The notes below the pieces were generated by a model. The model was given only the letters and a program-made list of their open reading frames with translations, was not told the origin of the DNA and searched no databases. From contig JAXLNO010000326.1 in assembly GCA_038087875.1 (NCBI GenBank), positions 1-64,000 on the forward strand: a stretch of DNA of 64,000 bases, in the 5' to 3' direction. The position numbers and the translations under genes were made by a program. Shown here in pieces: positions 1 through 12,196 of the stretch. The stretch's first letter is position 1. Each line of letters starts with the position of its first letter. The DNA comes from Malacoraja senta (lineage: Eukaryota).

Positions 1-1417
1 ATGACCACCTTTAGGATGCCCATTTTTACCATACTGTGTAGCTTCGACTCCACTCTGGCCTTCATGGCGAAGGAGACACGGTGAGGTCCATTTACCACTG
101 GTTCGACCTTGCGGTCTACTGCAATCTTGTAGCTGCAGGGCAGTTTGCCCAGCTCCTCATCAAAGCGGTCGGGATATTCGGCCAACGGGTCCATGAGGGC
201 CTGCACCTGATGAATGTCACGGTGGAAGAATACCAGGCCCATTTCCTGGCATGCCCGGATCCCCAGCAGGGTAATGCATTTTTGATCGAGGAGATAGAAG
301 GTGAGGGGCCGAGAGGACTCCAGTATCTTGCAGCTTAGCGTAGCCTTGCCCACAGGAGTAAGAATCGCTCCCCCGTAGGCATGCAAGGTTGAGCTGTCAG
401 AAAAAATCTGCTCATTAGTTTAGCAGTGAAGGTCGAGTTGTTCACAGTTACTCGCACAGAAGGGTCCGTTATCATAGCAGGTGCGCCCAACACAGTAAAC
501 AGGCTGTTCTCCCCCTGAGAGGAGTCGGATTCAGATACAGACTGTTCGTCGAAATAGCACGGGGAGCTGAGCTCACTATCAGTTTGTAACAGGTTGTTTA
601 AATTGCCCCTCGGAGCAGCGAAAGGCTTCCCACGGGAACGACAGGCCGCAGCGAAATGGTTCAATTTCTTGCAGACATTACACGTTTTACCCAAGGCAGG
701 GCATACATTGTATTGATGAGTGGTGAAGTTACAATTAGGGCACCTTTGCCGGGCACGTCCCCCGGGAGCAGTACCGAACCCCGGGGCAAGTCCCCCTTGA
801 GCAGCGAGCGACCCCGGGGGCCGCGACCGGGGCGTGTTCATCAGACGGCTGGAAGTGCTGGCAAGGTTAATCTCCTGGTCAGCCGGTGACACCGCCGAGG
901 TGACAGCCTCAGCTAAGCGGGTGGCGTGCATCGCGTCGTTGAAAGTCAGGTCGGGCCTCCGCAAAAGTTCGGCCTTGAGCTTATCATCGCGGAGACCGTA
1001 AACCAGAAGGTCCCTGATAATCTCCTCGGGGGTCAACGTGTTGAGGCGGCAGCGCCTGGCCAGGTGTCGCAGCGCAGAGACATAGTTCTCTGCAGATTCC
1101 CCAGGGAGCTGACGCCGCGCGAACAGTTTAAAACGTTCTAAGATGCAGTTTGTTGGAATATCGCAAATAGCATTAAACTTAGCCACCAGACATACCGGGT
1201 CCCGAGCAGATTCTCCCGCAGCATAGACGAAGAAGTCTGAGCGAGCCAGGGCCTCGGGACCAGCCAAGTTGAGAAGCAGAGAGGCTTTGAGCTCTGGGGT
1301 GGCGGCAGGATGAGCGATCGTGACTTAGTGGTCAAAGTCACGTTTGAAGACATCCCATCGATGGGCAATGTCTGAATCGAAAACGAGCACATCAGGCTTA
1401 CGGGCAGAAGTGGCCAT
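1..1417 (-). mobile_element. Ty3/Gypsy LTR retrotransposon, 5' internal region (gag, damaged protease, start of RT); continues off the window
   Basis: ATG at 1417 (MATSARKPDVLVFDSDIAHRWDVFKRDFDH*) is in frame with ORF 335..1267 but separated from it by a TAA. The ORF has Gag motifs (ERFKLFARRQLPGES, IIRDLLVYGL) and a CCHC knuckle (CNVCKKLNHFAAAC). The protease DTG motif appears deleted (FTAKL-MS). Bases 1-150 translate to EPVVNGPHRVSFAMKARVESKLHSMVKMGIL, a typical pre-RT segment. Confidence 0.9.
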
Positions 1418-1501
1418 AACGAGGAAATGAGAAGGCAGGGGAAACAAAAAACTGGGATAAAATTAAATGATAAACCGATAGACAGGAGGCGCAAGGTAAG
1501 A

Positions 1502-1513
1502 GGTATGACACCA
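1502..1513 (-). promoter_or_regulatory. Primer-binding site (TGGTGTCA..., tRNA-Leu-like)
   Basis: TGGTGTCATACC abuts the terminal CA of the LTR on the minus strand. Confidence 0.7.
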
Positions 1514-1717
1514 TGTAAAGAAGCTTTAACGGCACATCGTTACTTTACTATCTTTATTCATACTGGAGCATTACATATTGCACTAGCTGTACGTGGTCTC
1601 TCACAGGAACTAGAGGGCGATCAGTGGGTGGGGAGGTTGTAGTTATACTTGTGATATGGGGAGTGGTTAGTAGGTATGAGGTCACTATGTTAAAGGCACA
1701 TGCATATATCATCTACA
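1514..1717 (-). mobile_element. 5' LTR of the Gypsy element (~204 bp)
   Basis: The minus strand runs TGTAGAT...TTTACA (TG..CA termini), contains AATAAA at 1553-1558, and is followed directly by a TGG-starting PBS. Confidence 0.75.
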
Positions 1718-1759
1718 GACACCTGGAGGGAAATACCCAGCAGCTCAGGCAGCACATGT

Positions 1760-2015
1760 GGGGAGGGGGGAATCAGTGTGGGGGAAGGAGGTGGGCAGGG
1801 AGGGGGAACAGAAGGGGAGGGCGAGAGAAAGAGAGAAGGGGGCAGAGGGAGAGGGAATGGTGTAGGGGTGGAAGGGCGAGAGGGAGGGGTGTACGGGAGG
1901 GTGGATGGGACTTGGAGGGGAGAGGCAAAGAGAAGGGAGGAGGAGGAGATTGGGAGTTGGGGAAGGGGAGAGAGAGCGAGTGGGAGAAGGAGGGGGGAAA
2001 TGGAAGGGGAAAGGT
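1760..2015. repeat. GA-rich low-complexity tract
   Basis: Almost entirely G/A. Confidence 0.9.
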
Positions 2016-2619
2016 GATGCTGATCATTGAAACGTATTGAGATCAATGTTGAGTCCAGAAGGCTGTGACGCATTGTACTGGAAGATGAGGTACTAATCTG
2101 TGATTCACGCACGGTTTGTGTGATGGACTAACGACCGGCAGTGACAGTCAATTGTTCAGTCATTCATGAAAACTGCAAGTCGTTTCAACTCGAAAGACAT
2201 TTTGTTACCCTGCATGGTTGGAAGCAAAGTGGGGAAAGGACAGGTGTTCATGGGGAAGTGACATGAGAAATGGAATGGCTGCTGGACATGGAAGAGCAGG
2301 CCAGGGAGTCATGAAGGAAACAATACATTCGACATACAGGTGGAGGTAGGGATGTTGTTTCTAGAGGTGGAACATTATTGTGAGTTGACAATAATTGTGA
2401 AAAATCATTAATTGAGTGAGGGGATTGTCGGGTAGATAGTGAAGACCAGGGAAAGGCTGTTCTTGCCCTGTCCAGGAGCAGGGGGGTGGGGGGGAGTGGG
2501 AAACAGATCAGATTCATTCAGGTTTCTGTCCACTGTGGAGGAGGGAACCTCGTGATTCAAGATCATAGACATTGTGGACTCTTAGGAAAGTTCTCAGAAT
2601 TTACATATTTTCACACAAG

Positions 2620-2795
2620 TACCCTGCTAGGGGTGTGTGGGGTTTCACAGTGTGTCAGGACCCATCTAGGAGTGTGTGGGGTTAGACAGTGTGTCAGGAC
2701 CCATCTAGGAGTGTGTGGGGTTAGACAGTGTGTCAGGACCCATCTAGGAGTGTGTGGGGTTAGACAGTGTGTCAGGACCCTGCCAGGAGTGTGTG
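2620..2795. repeat. 39-bp minisatellite, ~4.5 copies
   Basis: Unit CCCATCTAGGAGTGTGTGGGGTTAGACAGTGTGTCAGGA repeated head to tail. Confidence 0.95.
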
Positions 2796-3329
2796 GTGCA
2801 TTACTGCACACACATTCTCTCTGGGTGTGCACTGGATTTCACAGATCTCTTCCACAACCTGATACATTGCAAAACCTTGTACAATTAACACCTGGAGTTG
2901 AAATAATGCAGTGTAATTTTCCAGTGTATGTCACAGATCGAGTGATCTAGGAACTACTATGTACCTCTTGGGTTACGCTGGGACTATCCTTGATCGGACT
3001 TTCCTCGTTTTACCTTGCACTGAACGTTATTCCCTCATAGATTATCTATACTGTAAATGGCTCGATTATAATTACGTGTTGTCTCTCTGCTGACTGGATA
3101 ACACGCAACAAAAGCTTTTCACAGTACCTCAGTACACGTGACAATACACTAAACTAAGCTAAACCTGAATCTACAGACAAAGCAGCAATCCATAGTGAAT
3201 CCCCGTGTCAGTCTAACAATTGCTTAGCCTTTGATCTTCTGATTTCCCATTCTGCAAAGCTCTGAACAGTTTCAGTATTACATCAATTCTAACAAGTCAT
3301 TGGTGTGAACTATACATCTCAACACTCAC

Positions 3330-3395
3330 CTTCCATATGAGAGGGTAATTCAGATAAACCTCTGGTGATGTTCATGTGTTCTTGTGGATCAGGAC
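3330..3395 (-). CDS. NLR exon, 66 nt, phase 1-1 (GPDPQEHMNITRGLSELPSHME)
   Basis: Boundaries atgaacag|GTCCT and GGAAG|gtgagt; open frame continues from the previous exon. Confidence 0.8.
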
Positions 3396-3495
3396 CTGTT
3401 CATATCAACAAGCATTCATTAAACCAGACTTGAATAACATTGTTAACTCCAGTGTTTCAATGTGATATTCAGTTCAGTGTGTTGATTTACCGTAC

Positions 3496-3667
3496 CGAGC
3501 TCCTGGATTTCTTTCAGTATTTTGTCCAGCTTTGGTAATTCATTCTGCATTTTCACAAAGGATTCCCACATCACCCGCCGGGCACGGTTGCAATTCCCCA
3601 TCCCCAGACTGAGGAAGAGTGTGGAACTGTCTCTGCGGTTTCCCTTTACCACAAGCTCAGCGATATT
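3496..3667 (-). CDS. NLR exon, 172 nt (NIAELVVKG...ARRVMWESFVKMQNELPKLDKILKEIQEL)
   Basis: Acceptor tgttgttcttcacag, donor CTCG|gtacgg; contains the ARRVMWESFVKM/PKLDKILKEIQ motif. Confidence 0.85.
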
Positions 3668-4806
3668 CTGTGAAGAACAACAATGAATATATTGAGAAGT
3701 GACTGACACCATGCTAATGGGGAGGGAATTAGTTGTTCAGTGATGGGATATTCTGGTAGTTTTGAGCATAGTGGCAGGTATTGGATTGCATCTTCATACA
3801 CCCATGACACTGCGCTGACAAACTGTGTACTCCCAAAGTCCTGACAGTGTGAAACTCGCTTCACACCTGGCAGTGTCCTAGAACACAGCAGAGTACTGCA
3901 CGGGAACAGGCCATTCAGTCCAATGATGGCTGTGTTGAAATTGATGTGAAATTAATCCAATTCCTTTTGGCCTCACATGGACAGCATCCCACTAGGAATG
4001 GACGCATCCAGTCCAACCTGCATTTCTTCCTGCTCTGCATTTTGAAGCTATTATGTTCTTTCATCCACATTCTTACCCTCTGTGAGCCGGCATTCACCCA
4101 TTGACCAGATAACTTCTTTATTTCTATACCTACCCCCAATTTTAGCCAATCAAAGACATTCCTCTTGTACATTTCCTGCAGCTCATCCCCTCCTTTCACT
4201 ACACATTAACTCGGCTTCTCTTCCCACAGATGCGTAAATAACTGACCTGCTGAATATTGTTGATATTGTAGATTTTAACAAATGTAATTGTGTTTATTTT
4301 ATTTTCAATTGAATGATAATCGAACAGTTCAATGTCTTAGAGTAATTCAGCAGGTCAGACAGCATCTCCATAAACAGAGTTATTTTGTGCAGCACAAAGT
4401 GTGTTATTTTGTAAACCAGGGTCTGCTGTTCATTGTGTTGATACCTAATGTCCTCTGTGGTTTAATGAACTAAACTAAATGTGACCAATGAAACTGATGA
4501 CACTGGAAAAGTATTATCGTTTTCTGATTCTGGTTTACAAGATTACTGCTCCCTGACTGTTGTGCTAAGATGCATGTGCAGGAAGAACAGTTGGATCAGA
4601 ATGGACAATTCTCAGAAATCACCAAGTCACAGGTTTTATTCCTGATACCAGATCTACAGGACGCAAACTGATCAGAGATCAGTGTCTCCATTGCACTGTT
4701 CAACCCAGGGAGTGCGAGGTGACGGGACTGACATTGGTCACTCTTCCCCCTTGATGCCGTCAGTTTTGTGACAGGAAACATAAGTCACCGTGTTCCTTCC
4801 ACTTAC

Positions 4807-4848
4807 CCCGTGTTCTTGTTCATTGAAACACCTCTCCCGTCTCATCAT
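4807..4848 (-). pseudogene. NLR exon, 3' half (MMRRERCFNEQEHG), separated from its 5' half by a CR1
   Basis: Ends CACGGG|gtaagt in phase 0, matching the exon starting at 3667; begins right after the CR1 tail. Confidence 0.8.
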
Positions 4849-7800
4849 ACATAGATACATAGATACATAGAACATAGGTGCAGGAGTAGGCCATTCGGCC
4901 CTTCGAGCCTGCACCGCCATTCAATATGATCATGGCTGATCATCCAACACAGTATCCCGTACCTGCCTTCTCTCCATACCCCCTGATCCCTTTAGCCACA
5001 AGGGCCACATCTAACTCCCTTTTAAATATAGCCAATGAACTGGCCTCAACTACCCTCTGTGGTAGAGAGTTCCAGAGATTCACTACTCTCTGTGTGAAAA
5101 AGTTTGTTCTCATCTCGGTCTTAAAGGATTTCCCCCTTATCCTTAAGCTGTGACCCCTTGTCCTGGACTTCCCCAACATCGGGAACAATCTTCCTGCATC
5201 TAGCCTGTCCAACCCCATAAGAATTTTGTACGTTTCTATAAGATCCCCTCTCAATCTCCTAAATTCTAGCGAGTATAAGCCAAGTCTATCCAGTGTTTCT
5301 TCATATGAAAGTCCTGACATCCCAGGAATCAGTCTGGTGAACCTTCTCTGCACTCCCTCTATGGCTATAATGTCCTTCCTCAGATTTGTAGACCAAAACT
5401 GTACGCAATACTCCAGGTGTGGTCTCACCAAGACTCTGTACAACTGCAGTAGAACCTCCCTGCTCCTATACTCAAATCCTTTTGCTATGAAAGCCAACAT
5501 ACCATTCGCTTTCTTCATTGCCTGCTGCACCTGCATGCCTACTTTCAATGACTGGTGTACCATGACACCCAGGTCTCGCTGCATCTCCCCTTTTCCTAAT
5601 CGGCCACCATTTAGATAATAGTCTGCTTTCCTGTTTTTGCCACCAAAGTGGATAACCTCACATGTATCCACATTATACTGCATCTGCCAAACATTTGCCC
5701 ACTCACCCAGCCTATCCAAGTCACCTTGCCGTCTCCTAGCATCCTCCTCACAGCTAACACTGCCCCCCAGCTTAGTCTCATCCGCAAACTTGGAGATGTT
5801 GCCTTCAATTCCCTCATCCAGTTCATTAATATAAATTGTAAATAGCTGGTGTCCCAGCACTGAGCCTTGCGGTACCCCACTAGTCACTGCCTGCCATTGT
5901 GAAAAGGACCCGTTTACTCCTACTCTTTGCTTCCTGTTTGCCAGCCAGTTCTCTATCCACATCAATACTGAACCCCCAATACCGTGTGCTTTAAGTTTGT
6001 ATACTAATCTCTTATGTGGGACACATCCACTGGTTCTCCCCTATCCAATCTACTAGTTACATCCTCGACAAATTCTATAAGATTCGTCAGACATGATTTA
6101 CCTTTCGTAAATCCATGCTGACTTTGTCCAATGATTTCACCACTTTCCAAATGTGCTGCTATCCCATCTTTAATAACTGACTCTAGCAGTTTCCCCACTA
6201 CCGATGTTAGACTAACTGGTCTGTAATTCCCCGTTTTCTCTCTCCCTCCCTTCTTAAAAAGTGGGGTTACGTTTGCTACCCTCCAATCCTCAGGAACTAC
6301 TCCAGAATCTAAAGAGTTTCGAAAAACTATCACTAATGCATCCACTATTTCTGGAGCTACTTCCTTAAGTACTCTGGGATGCAGCCTATCTAGCCCTGGT
6401 GATTTACCGGCCTTTAATCCATTCAATTTACCCAACACCACTTCCCGACTAACCTGGATTTCACTCAGTTCCTCCATCTCCTTTGACCCCTGCTATTTCT
6501 GGCAGATTCTTTATGTCTTCCTCAGTGAAGACGGAACCAAAGTAGTTATTCAATTGGTCCGCCATATCCTTGTTCCCCATGATCAATTCACCTGTTTCTG
6601 ACTGCAAGGGACCTACATTTGTTTTAACTAACCTCTTTCTCTTCACATATCTATAAAAACGTTTGCAGTCAGTTTTTATGTTCCCTGCCAGTTTTCTTTC
6701 ATAATCTATTTTCCCTTTCCCAATTAAGCCCTTTGTCCTCCTCTGCTGGTCTCTGAATTTCTCCCAGTCCTCTGGTATGCTGCTTTTTCTGGCTAATTTG
6801 TACGCATCATCTTTTGCTTTGATACTATCCCTGATTTCCCTTGTTATCCACGGATGCACTACCTTCCCTGATTTATTCTTTTGCCAAACTGGGATGAACA
6901 ATTTTTGTAGTTCATCCATGCAGTCTTTAAGTGCCTTCCATTGCATATCCACCGTCAACCCTTTTAGAACTAATTGCCAGTCAATCTTGGCCAATTCACG
7001 TCTCATTCCGTCAAAGTTACCTTTCTTTAAGTTCAGAACCGTTGTTTCTGAATTAACAATGTCACTCTCCATCCTAATGAAGAACTCAACCATATTATGG
7101 TCACTCTTGCCCAAGGGGGCACGCACAACAAGACTGCTAACTAACCCTTCCTCATTACTCAATACCCAGTCTAGAATAGCATGCTCTCTCGTTGGTTCCT
7201 CTACATGTTGGTTTAGATAACTATCCCGCATACATTCCAAGAAATCCTCTTCCTCAGCACCCCTGCCAATTTGATTCACCCAATCTATATGTAGATTGAA
7301 GTCACCCATTTTAACTGTTTTGCCTTTGTTGCACGCATATCTAATTTCCTGTTTGATGCCATCCCCAACTTCACTACTACTGCTAGGTGGCCTGTACACA
7401 ACACCCACCAGCGTTTTCTGCCCATTAGTGTTACGCAGCTCTACCCATACCGATTCCACATCCTCCAAGCTAATGTCCTTCCTTTCCACTGCGTTAATCT
7501 CCTCTCTAACCAGCAACGCTGCCCCACCTCCTCTTCCTTTCTCCCTATCCCTCCTGAATATTGAATATCCCTGGATGTTCAGCTCCCAGCCTTGGTCAAC
7601 CTGGAGCCATGTCTCCGTGATCCCGACTATATCATAATCATTAATAGCTATCTGCACGTTGAACTAATCCACCTTATTACGAATGCTCCTTGCATTGAGA
7701 AACAAAGCCTTCAGGCTTGTTTTTACAACGCTCTTACCCCTTATACAATTATGTTGAAAAGTGGCCCTTTTTGATTTTTGCCCTGATTTGTCTGCCTGCC

Positions 7801-8301
7801 ACTTTTACTTTTCACCTTGCTACCTGTTGCTTCCGCCCACATTTTACACCCCTCTGTTTCTCTGCTCACCCATTTAAGTACCCCACCACCATTCTCTGTT
7901 TATTATTGTTTTCTTCTTTCCCCCCTACATGTTGGGACTGAGTGCTTTCCTTCTCTGCCTCCTGCCTCACACACTGTATAAAAACTTTCTCTATTTGAGT
8001 CCCTCCCCCCAACCATTCTAGTTTCAAGTCTCCCCAGTAGCCTTTGCAGATCTCCCCGCCAGGATATCGGTCCCCCTCAGGTTCGAGTGCAACCCATCCT
8101 TTTTGTACAGGTCGCACCTTCCACAAAAGAGGTCCCAATGATCCAGAAATTTGAATCCCTGCCCTCTGCACCAGTCCTTCAGCCATACATTTATCCTCCA
8201 CCTCGCTCCATTCATATTCTCACTGTCGCGTGGCACAGTCAGTAATCCCGAGATTGTTACCTTTGCTGTCCTATTCTTTAACTCCCCTCCTAACTCCGTA
8301 A
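4849..8301 (-). mobile_element. CR1 LINE, 5'-truncated (end of ORF1 esterase plus ORF2 APE endonuclease/RT), frameshifted
   Basis: ORFs 8024..8332, 6461..7657 (GITETWL, MGDFN, SDH), 6004..6477 and 4940..5965 ([13 protein letters not shown]). Has a 3' hairpin and (TATCTATG)n tail. Confidence 0.97.
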
Positions 8302-8428
8302 ATGAGGCCGAGAATTTCAACCTCTTCTTCAATCGCCTGTTTCAGTCTCTCCAGATGGAATGTTGTCAGTTTGAACAATTGGTAGTCGCTCCAATGTGTC
8401 AAGAGCTCAGATAATGTAGGCGTTAGAT
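8302..8428 (-). pseudogene. NLR exon, 5' half (DLTPTLSELLTHWSDYQLFKLTTFHLERLKQAIEEEVEILGL)
   Basis: Acceptor tttctctttttgaatacacag|AT in phase 1; the frame is open up to the CR1 junction. Confidence 0.8.
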
Positions 8429-8481
8429 CTGTGTATTCAAAAAGAGAAACTAAAGACCATCTGAATCAGTCCCCTTGGCTC

Positions 8482-8822
8482 CTGGATAAGCTTTTCCCAT
8501 TGAGAGTAGGGAAGATTCAAACAAGGGGACATGACTTGAGAATTAAGGGACAGAAATTTAGAGGTAACATGAGGTGGAACTTCTTTACTCAGAGAGTGGT
8601 GGCTGTATGGAATGAGCTTCCAGTGAAGGTGGTGGAGGCAGGTTCGTTTTTATCATTTAAAAATAAATTGGATAGTTATATGGACGGGAAAGGAATGGAG
8701 GGTTATGGTCTGAGAGCAGGTATATGGGACTAGGGGAGAATACGTGTTCGGCACGGACTAGAAGGGTCGAGATGGCCTGTTTCCGTGCTGTAATTGTTAT
8801 ATGGTTATATGGTTATATGGTT
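8482..8822 (+). mobile_element. CR1 3' fragment, subfamily with (TATATGGT)n tail
   Basis: TRGHDLRI...FFTQRVV...FKNKLD; nearly identical to the 3' part of 14108..14575. Confidence 0.93.
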
Positions 8823-8884
8823 AAAACAGCAACCCTCATCCTCTCTGTTTCTGCCCAGAATGATCAAAACAAAATATCAGAATG

Positions 8885-9600
8885 AAACAACGTGCTGAAG
8901 GAACTCATTGGGTCAACCATCATCTCTGGAGAACATGGATAGGTGACGTTTCTAGTCTGGACCTTTCTTCAGGCTGATTGTGGTGGTGGTGAGTGGGAAG
9001 AAATGTGGGCAAGAGGAGGGACAGGTCAAAGCCTGGTAAGTAAGGTGGATACAGGTGAGGGGAGTTTTTGATCGGCTGATAATTCGAGAAAGACTAGAGA
9101 TGAAAAGACAGGAGTGAAACAAAAGGAGTGAAGAGTTGCAAATTGTGAAGCGGGATGCATTAATGTATGTAGAAAGGGAGGGGGAAGGGAAAAAACTGCA
9201 CGAGGAGTAAAAATGGTTAACAAATGGTTAACAAATCTAATAGGTCTTGGAGGATAAAGCTTAAGTGTTCAGTAAAAAACATCGACTAGTCTATGCTTTG
9301 GCTCGCCAATTGCTCTTCCCATTCCCACAGCAACCTCTATGTCTTTGGACACATGCTCACTGGAGGAACAGCAGCTCAAAATCCACTTGGGTAGCCCACA
9401 ATTCAATGGTATGGACATTAAATTCTCCAATTTTAAGTAAAAATCCAAACCACGCACCCGCATTATCTCCCCCCCCACCCACTCTCTCCGCTGTCCAGCA
9501 CCGATTTCTCCCCTCCCCATTTCCTTCCTCCTATATTCCTTTCTTTATTTTCATAATATCCAGCACTCAATCCCATCTTACTCATGGATAACAGAAACGC
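8885..9600. mobile_element. Decayed Penelope-like element remnants
   Basis: Degenerate hammerhead core on the minus strand at 8943-8975. 9360-9440 resembles the GIY-YIG C-terminus (EEQQLKIHLGSPQFNGMDIKFSNFK*). Confidence 0.65.
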
Positions 9601-9642
9601 CTTGCAATTTCTCTCCTTCAACCAAGTCTGTCCTACCCATCA

Positions 9643-11555
9643 CAATAGACAATAGGTGCAGGAGTAGGCCATTCGGCCCTTCGAGCCAGCCCCGCCATTC
9701 AATGTGATCACGGCGGATCATCCCCAATCAGTACCCTGTTCCTGTCTTCTCCCCATAATCCACTGACTCCGCTATCTTTAAGATCCCTATCCAGAGAGTA
9801 TCCAGAGAATCGGAATCCACCGCTCTCTGAGGCAGAGAATTCCACAGACTCACAACTCTCTGTGATAAAGTGTTTCCTCGTCTCAGTTCTAAATGGCTTA
9901 CCCCTTATTCTTAAACTGTGGCCCCTGGTTCTGGAGTCCCCCAACATTAGGAACATGTTTCCTGCCTTTAGCGTGTCCAAACCCTTAATAATCTTATACG
10001 TTCCAATAAGATATCCTCTCATCCTTCTAAACTCCAGAGTGCACAAGCCCAGCCGCTCCATTCTCTCAGTATATGACAGTCCCGGGAATTAACATTGTGA
10101 ACCTATGCTGCATTCTCTCAATAGCAAGAACGTCCTTCCTCAAATTAGGGGACCGAAACTGCACACAATACTCCAGGTGTGGTCTCACTATGGCCCTGTA
10201 CAACTGCAGATTGACCTCTTTGCTCCTATACTCAACTTCTCTTGTTATGAAGGCCAACATGCCATTCACTTTCTTCACTGCCTGCTGTACCCGCATGCTT
10301 ACTTTCATTGACTGATGAACATTCCAGTCGGTGGGTCGCTGCGAGACGGCTGCTCTGCCAGCAGCGTGTTAGTCATTACTACTTTTATCATTTTTTTTAG
10401 TATGTCCAAATGTTTGTTTTAGTGTCTCTCGGTGTGTATTGTGTGGGGGGTAGTGAGGGGGGGTAAGGGGGGGTTAAGGGGGAAACCGCGTTCAGTCGCC
10501 TCCTCCACGGAAAGGCAACTGTTTCCGTGTCGCCTCCCTCGCGGCCTAACACCAAGGATTGGTGCGGCCTTTCCTGGAGTCGGGCCCGGAGCATCAGCAG
10601 CGGGCGCAGCGTGGACTTTTTCCGATCGCTGGCCCGCGGACTGTTCAGCCTGAAGCCGCGGTCTGCGGAGCTTCTAGCCGCGGGCGCGGCGTGGTCTTAC
10701 GATCCGGAGCAGGATCCCCCGCCGGGGATCCCTGGAGAAGAGCTCCGACCGCCGGCCTGCGGCCTACATCATCTTGAAGCTGCGGTCTCCGGTAGGGAAG
10801 CAACGATTCGGGACTTACCTTCCAGAAGAGAGCGCCTGTACATCTGGCCGCCCGCAGTGGCGACTGCGGAGGTTCATGGCCCCGACCAAGGGGGAACCAT
10901 GGAGGAGAATTGGCTGTACTTTGTGCCTTCCACCACAGTGAAGAATGCTGTGGTGGATGTTTGTGTTACATTTTATTGTGTATTGTGTGTTTTTTTTATT
11001 TCACTGCTGCTGGCAAGTTCATTTCACTGCACTTTATTGTGTATGTGATGAATAAATCTGATTGATTGATTGATTAATTGAACAAGGACCCCCAGATCCC
11101 GTTGTACGTCCCCTTTTCCCATCTTGACACCATTTAGATAATAATCTTCCTTCCTGTTTTTGCTACCAAAGTGGATAACCTCAAATGTATCTACATTAAA
11201 CTGCATCTGCCATGCATCTGCCCACTCACCCAACTTGTCCAAGTCACCCTGCATTCTCAAAGCATCCTCCTCACAGTTCACACTGCCACCCAGCATTGAG
11301 TCATCTGCAAATTTGCTAATGTTACTTTGAATCCCTTCATCTAAATCATTAATATATATTGTAAATAACTGCGGTCCCAGCACCAAGCCTTGCGGTACCC
11401 CACTAGTCACTGCCTGCCATTCTGAAAGGGACCCGTTAATCCCTACTCTTTTTTTCCTGTCTGCCAACCAATTTTCTATCAATGCCAGCATTCTCCCCCC
11501 AATACCATTGGCCTTAATTTTGCCCACTAATCTCCTATGTGGGACCTTATCAAAT
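9643..11555 (-). mobile_element. CR1 3' part (RT), interrupted by the 10321-11078 insertion
   Basis: ORFs 11024..11527 (GVPQG, FADD), 10066..10308 and 9708..10061. Confidence 0.93.
10321..11078 (+). mobile_element. GC-rich non-autonomous retroposon with Rex1/Babar-like tail
   Basis: Clean insertion into a CR1 with TGAAC on both sides; ends ATTTCACTGCAC...AATAAATC(TGAT)n. Confidence 0.7.
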
Positions 11556-12196
11556 GATCCAGGGTGTGCTAGCTGACTGGACAGAGAATTGACCGTGAAA
11601 GGAAGCAGAGGGTGATAGCGGAAGTATGTTTTTCAGACTGCAGGCCTGTGACACGTGATGTTCCCCAGGGATCGTTGCTGGCCCCATTGCTGTTTGTAAT
11701 TTATATCAAAGATTTGGATGAGTACACAAGGCATGATTAGTACAATGCTATCAAATGTTACAAAGGGACTTCATCCGTTGGGCTGAGGAATGTTGAATGG
11801 AGTTTAATACAGATAAGCACAAGGTGTTGCATTTGGGGAAGTGAAAGTAGGACAGGACCTCAGTGAATGACAGGGCTCATCAATCACAATATTGAGTATA
11901 GAAGTCGGGACGTTATGTAACAGGTGTACAAGACTTTGCAAGGTCACATTTAGAGTAATGTGATCACTTCTGGACACCCTGTTGTAGCAAAGATGTTACC
12001 AAACTGGAAAGGGTGCGGAGAAGATTGAAGAGCATGTTGCCAGGATCGAGAGCCTGAATCACATGGAGAAGTTGAGCATGCAAGGACTTTATTCTTTGGA
12101 GCGCAGGAGGACGAGGGATGATCTTATTGAGGTGGATGTTCGTGAGAGGAGTGAATAGTGTCTTAGATCCAGAGTAGGGTAATGAAGAGCCAGAGA
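11556..12196 (+). mobile_element. Old CR1 fragment, host of DIRS-1 (resumes at 20151-20220)
   Basis: Degenerate CR1 RT and C-terminal sequence that continues after the DIRS as CATAGATTGAAGGTGAGAGG. Confidence 0.75.

Noticed and set aside
1624..2112. Gly/Arg/Glu-rich ORFs
   Set aside because: GA-rich low-complexity DNA.
2620..2795. Repeat protein (GVCGVRQCVRTHL)n or CRISPR array
   Set aside because: Simple 39-bp minisatellite with no spacers or splice support.
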